NCBI GenBank assembly: GCA_041697335.1
Contig: JBGUGD010000004.1
Location: 64,001 to 128,000, forward strand
Source of the DNA: Vampirovibrionaceae bacterium NZW_1234
GTDB lineage: Bacteria > Cyanobacteriota > Vampirovibrionia > Vampirovibrionales > JAGQHJ01
Length of the DNA stretch: 64,000 nt
Direction: 5' to 3'
The notes beneath the pieces are model-generated. The model made no database searches and was not told where the DNA came from. It saw only the letters and a list, made by a program, of their open reading frames with translations. A program made the translations under genes and the position numbers. Numbering within the stretch: position 1 is the stretch's first letter; each line of letters opens with the position of its first letter. This document shows, piece after piece, positions 62,900 to 64,000 of the stretch.

Positions 62900-64000
62900 C
62901 GTGTGCTGTTTCCTTACGCACCGCCTTGGGAGCCACTACGGTGACGACCTTGGGTTGGCTGAAGATCTGCTGGGCCACCCGTTGGACATCTTCCGAGGTT
63001 ACTTGTTCCACCAGTTTTGGGTATTGATGATCAAAGCCATAGCCCACACCCATGGTCTCGTAAAACCCTTGGTAGAAGGCTTGGTTGGCATTGGATTCAT
63101 GGGCTAGCGCAAAAGAGCCGATCAGCTTGCTTTTAACCGCTTCAAGCTCTTCAGAGCTCACCGATTCGGTTTGAAGCCGGCTGATCTCTTTCTGGAAGCC
63201 TTCTTCTACTTTAGGCAGGTTCTTGGGATCGGTGCCGATGTACATCACAAAGTTACCGGTCTTCAGCATGCTGGGGAAGGTGGAGCTGACGTGATAGGCT
63301 AAGCCTTGTTTTTCCCGCAGGTTTACGAAAAGCCGAGAACTCAGCCCTGAGCCCAGAAGCGTGTTAATGACTTTCAGGGTAATGTAATCCCGGTCGGTAG
63401 AAATTCCCGGGGCATGCCAGCCGTAAGCAACCCAGGTAGCGGCTTGTTCTGGTTTTTGAGCCATCACGGTAATATCCTGGGCCAAGGGTTCAACATTGGG
63501 GAAGGGTGTCTTTGGCAATGGTGTTGCAGCCACTTTTTGTGGCTGATCTTGGAAAGGTATGGCCGTCAGAATTTGTTGAAAACCGGATTTTACCCGCTCC
63601 GGATCAAAACGTCCCACAACCGAAATAACCAGGTTGTCCGGACGAAGGCTGTGTTGGTAAAAGCGCACCAAATCGTCGCGGGTCAGCGTCGGCAAGGATT
63701 GCTCCAGGCGACTGCCGACGGCGCCGTAGGGGTGGTTCGGATAGAGCGCTTCAGTGAGTTTTTCAAACATCAGATTGCTCGGTTGATCCCGGCTGGTTTG
63801 AATCCGTTGCAGGGATTCGGCCCGCTCTTTCTCCAGTTCATCCTGTGGAAAGGTGGGGTTCGTCAGCACATCTTGCAAGATGAGCATCAAGGAATCCACG
63901 TCACTGCTCAGACCGGAACTCCGGATTTCCAGAAAATCTTCGTCACTGGAGCTGGACAGTGATAAGCCCTGGCGTTCAAGTTCTTCACTCAGTTGGGCAA
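62886..64000 (-). CDS. M16-family (pitrilysin-like) zinc peptidase, C-terminal part; runs off the window
   Basis: HPYG, SSRLFVNLREKQGLAY; frame open to the window end. Confidence 0.9.
   Translation of the reverse strand, partial: AQLSEELERQGLSLSSSSDEDFLEIRSSGLSSDVDSLMLILQDVLTNPTFPQDELEKERAESLQRIQTSRDQPSNLMFEKLTEALYPNHPYGAVGSRLEQSLPTLTRDDLVRFYQHSLRPDNLVISVVGRFDPERVKSGFQQILTAIPFQDQPQKVAATPLPKTPFPNVEPLAQDITVMAQKPEQAATWVAYGWHAPGISTDRDYITLKVINTLLGSGLSSRLFVNLREKQGLAYHVSSTFPSMLKTGNFVMYIGTDPKNLPKVEEGFQKEISRLQTESVSSEELEAVKSKLIGSFALAHESNANQAFYQGFYETMGVGYGFDHQYPKLVEQVTSEDVQRVAQQIFSQPKVVTVVAPKAVRKETAHDDTH

Overview
Chromosomal window from a Gram-negative bacterium, most likely a non-photosynthetic Cyanobacteriota relative (Vampirovibrionia/Melainabacteria). 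That placement is inferred from the cyanobacterial-style 11-subunit ndh/nuo operon without nuoEFG, BtpA, an AMIN protein and G|FTLAE pilins. Housekeeping genes include rpsT, der-plsY-gpsA, amt-P-II, tRNA-Leu(CAG), yqeK-rsfS, bfr, a GT9 heptosyltransferase, ileS, rarA-maf, secG, nuoABCDHIJKLMN, trmFO, pheA and thrB, interspersed with lineage-specific hypothetical genes. No CRISPR array, integrase or transposase was seen. The most striking signals are non-coding. (1) A 30-bp promoter-like motif, RKCA-N16-YGTTTTTAT, occurs six times. One copy precedes an unannotated ~85-nt sRNA (4248-4333, minus) whose seed is complementary to a GAGTTAGGAG ribosome-binding motif shared by three other genes behind the same motif. 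(2) A His-rich leader peptide with complete attenuator hairpins sits in front of an uncharacterised membrane protein rather than his genes. (3) Two inverted arrays of helically phased YGWCG pentamers lie at 10194-10375. (4) Three Fur-like boxes precede an unknown membrane protein / CCxxGCxxC protein / bacterioferritin unit. All calls were made by eye; no searches or folding programs were run.
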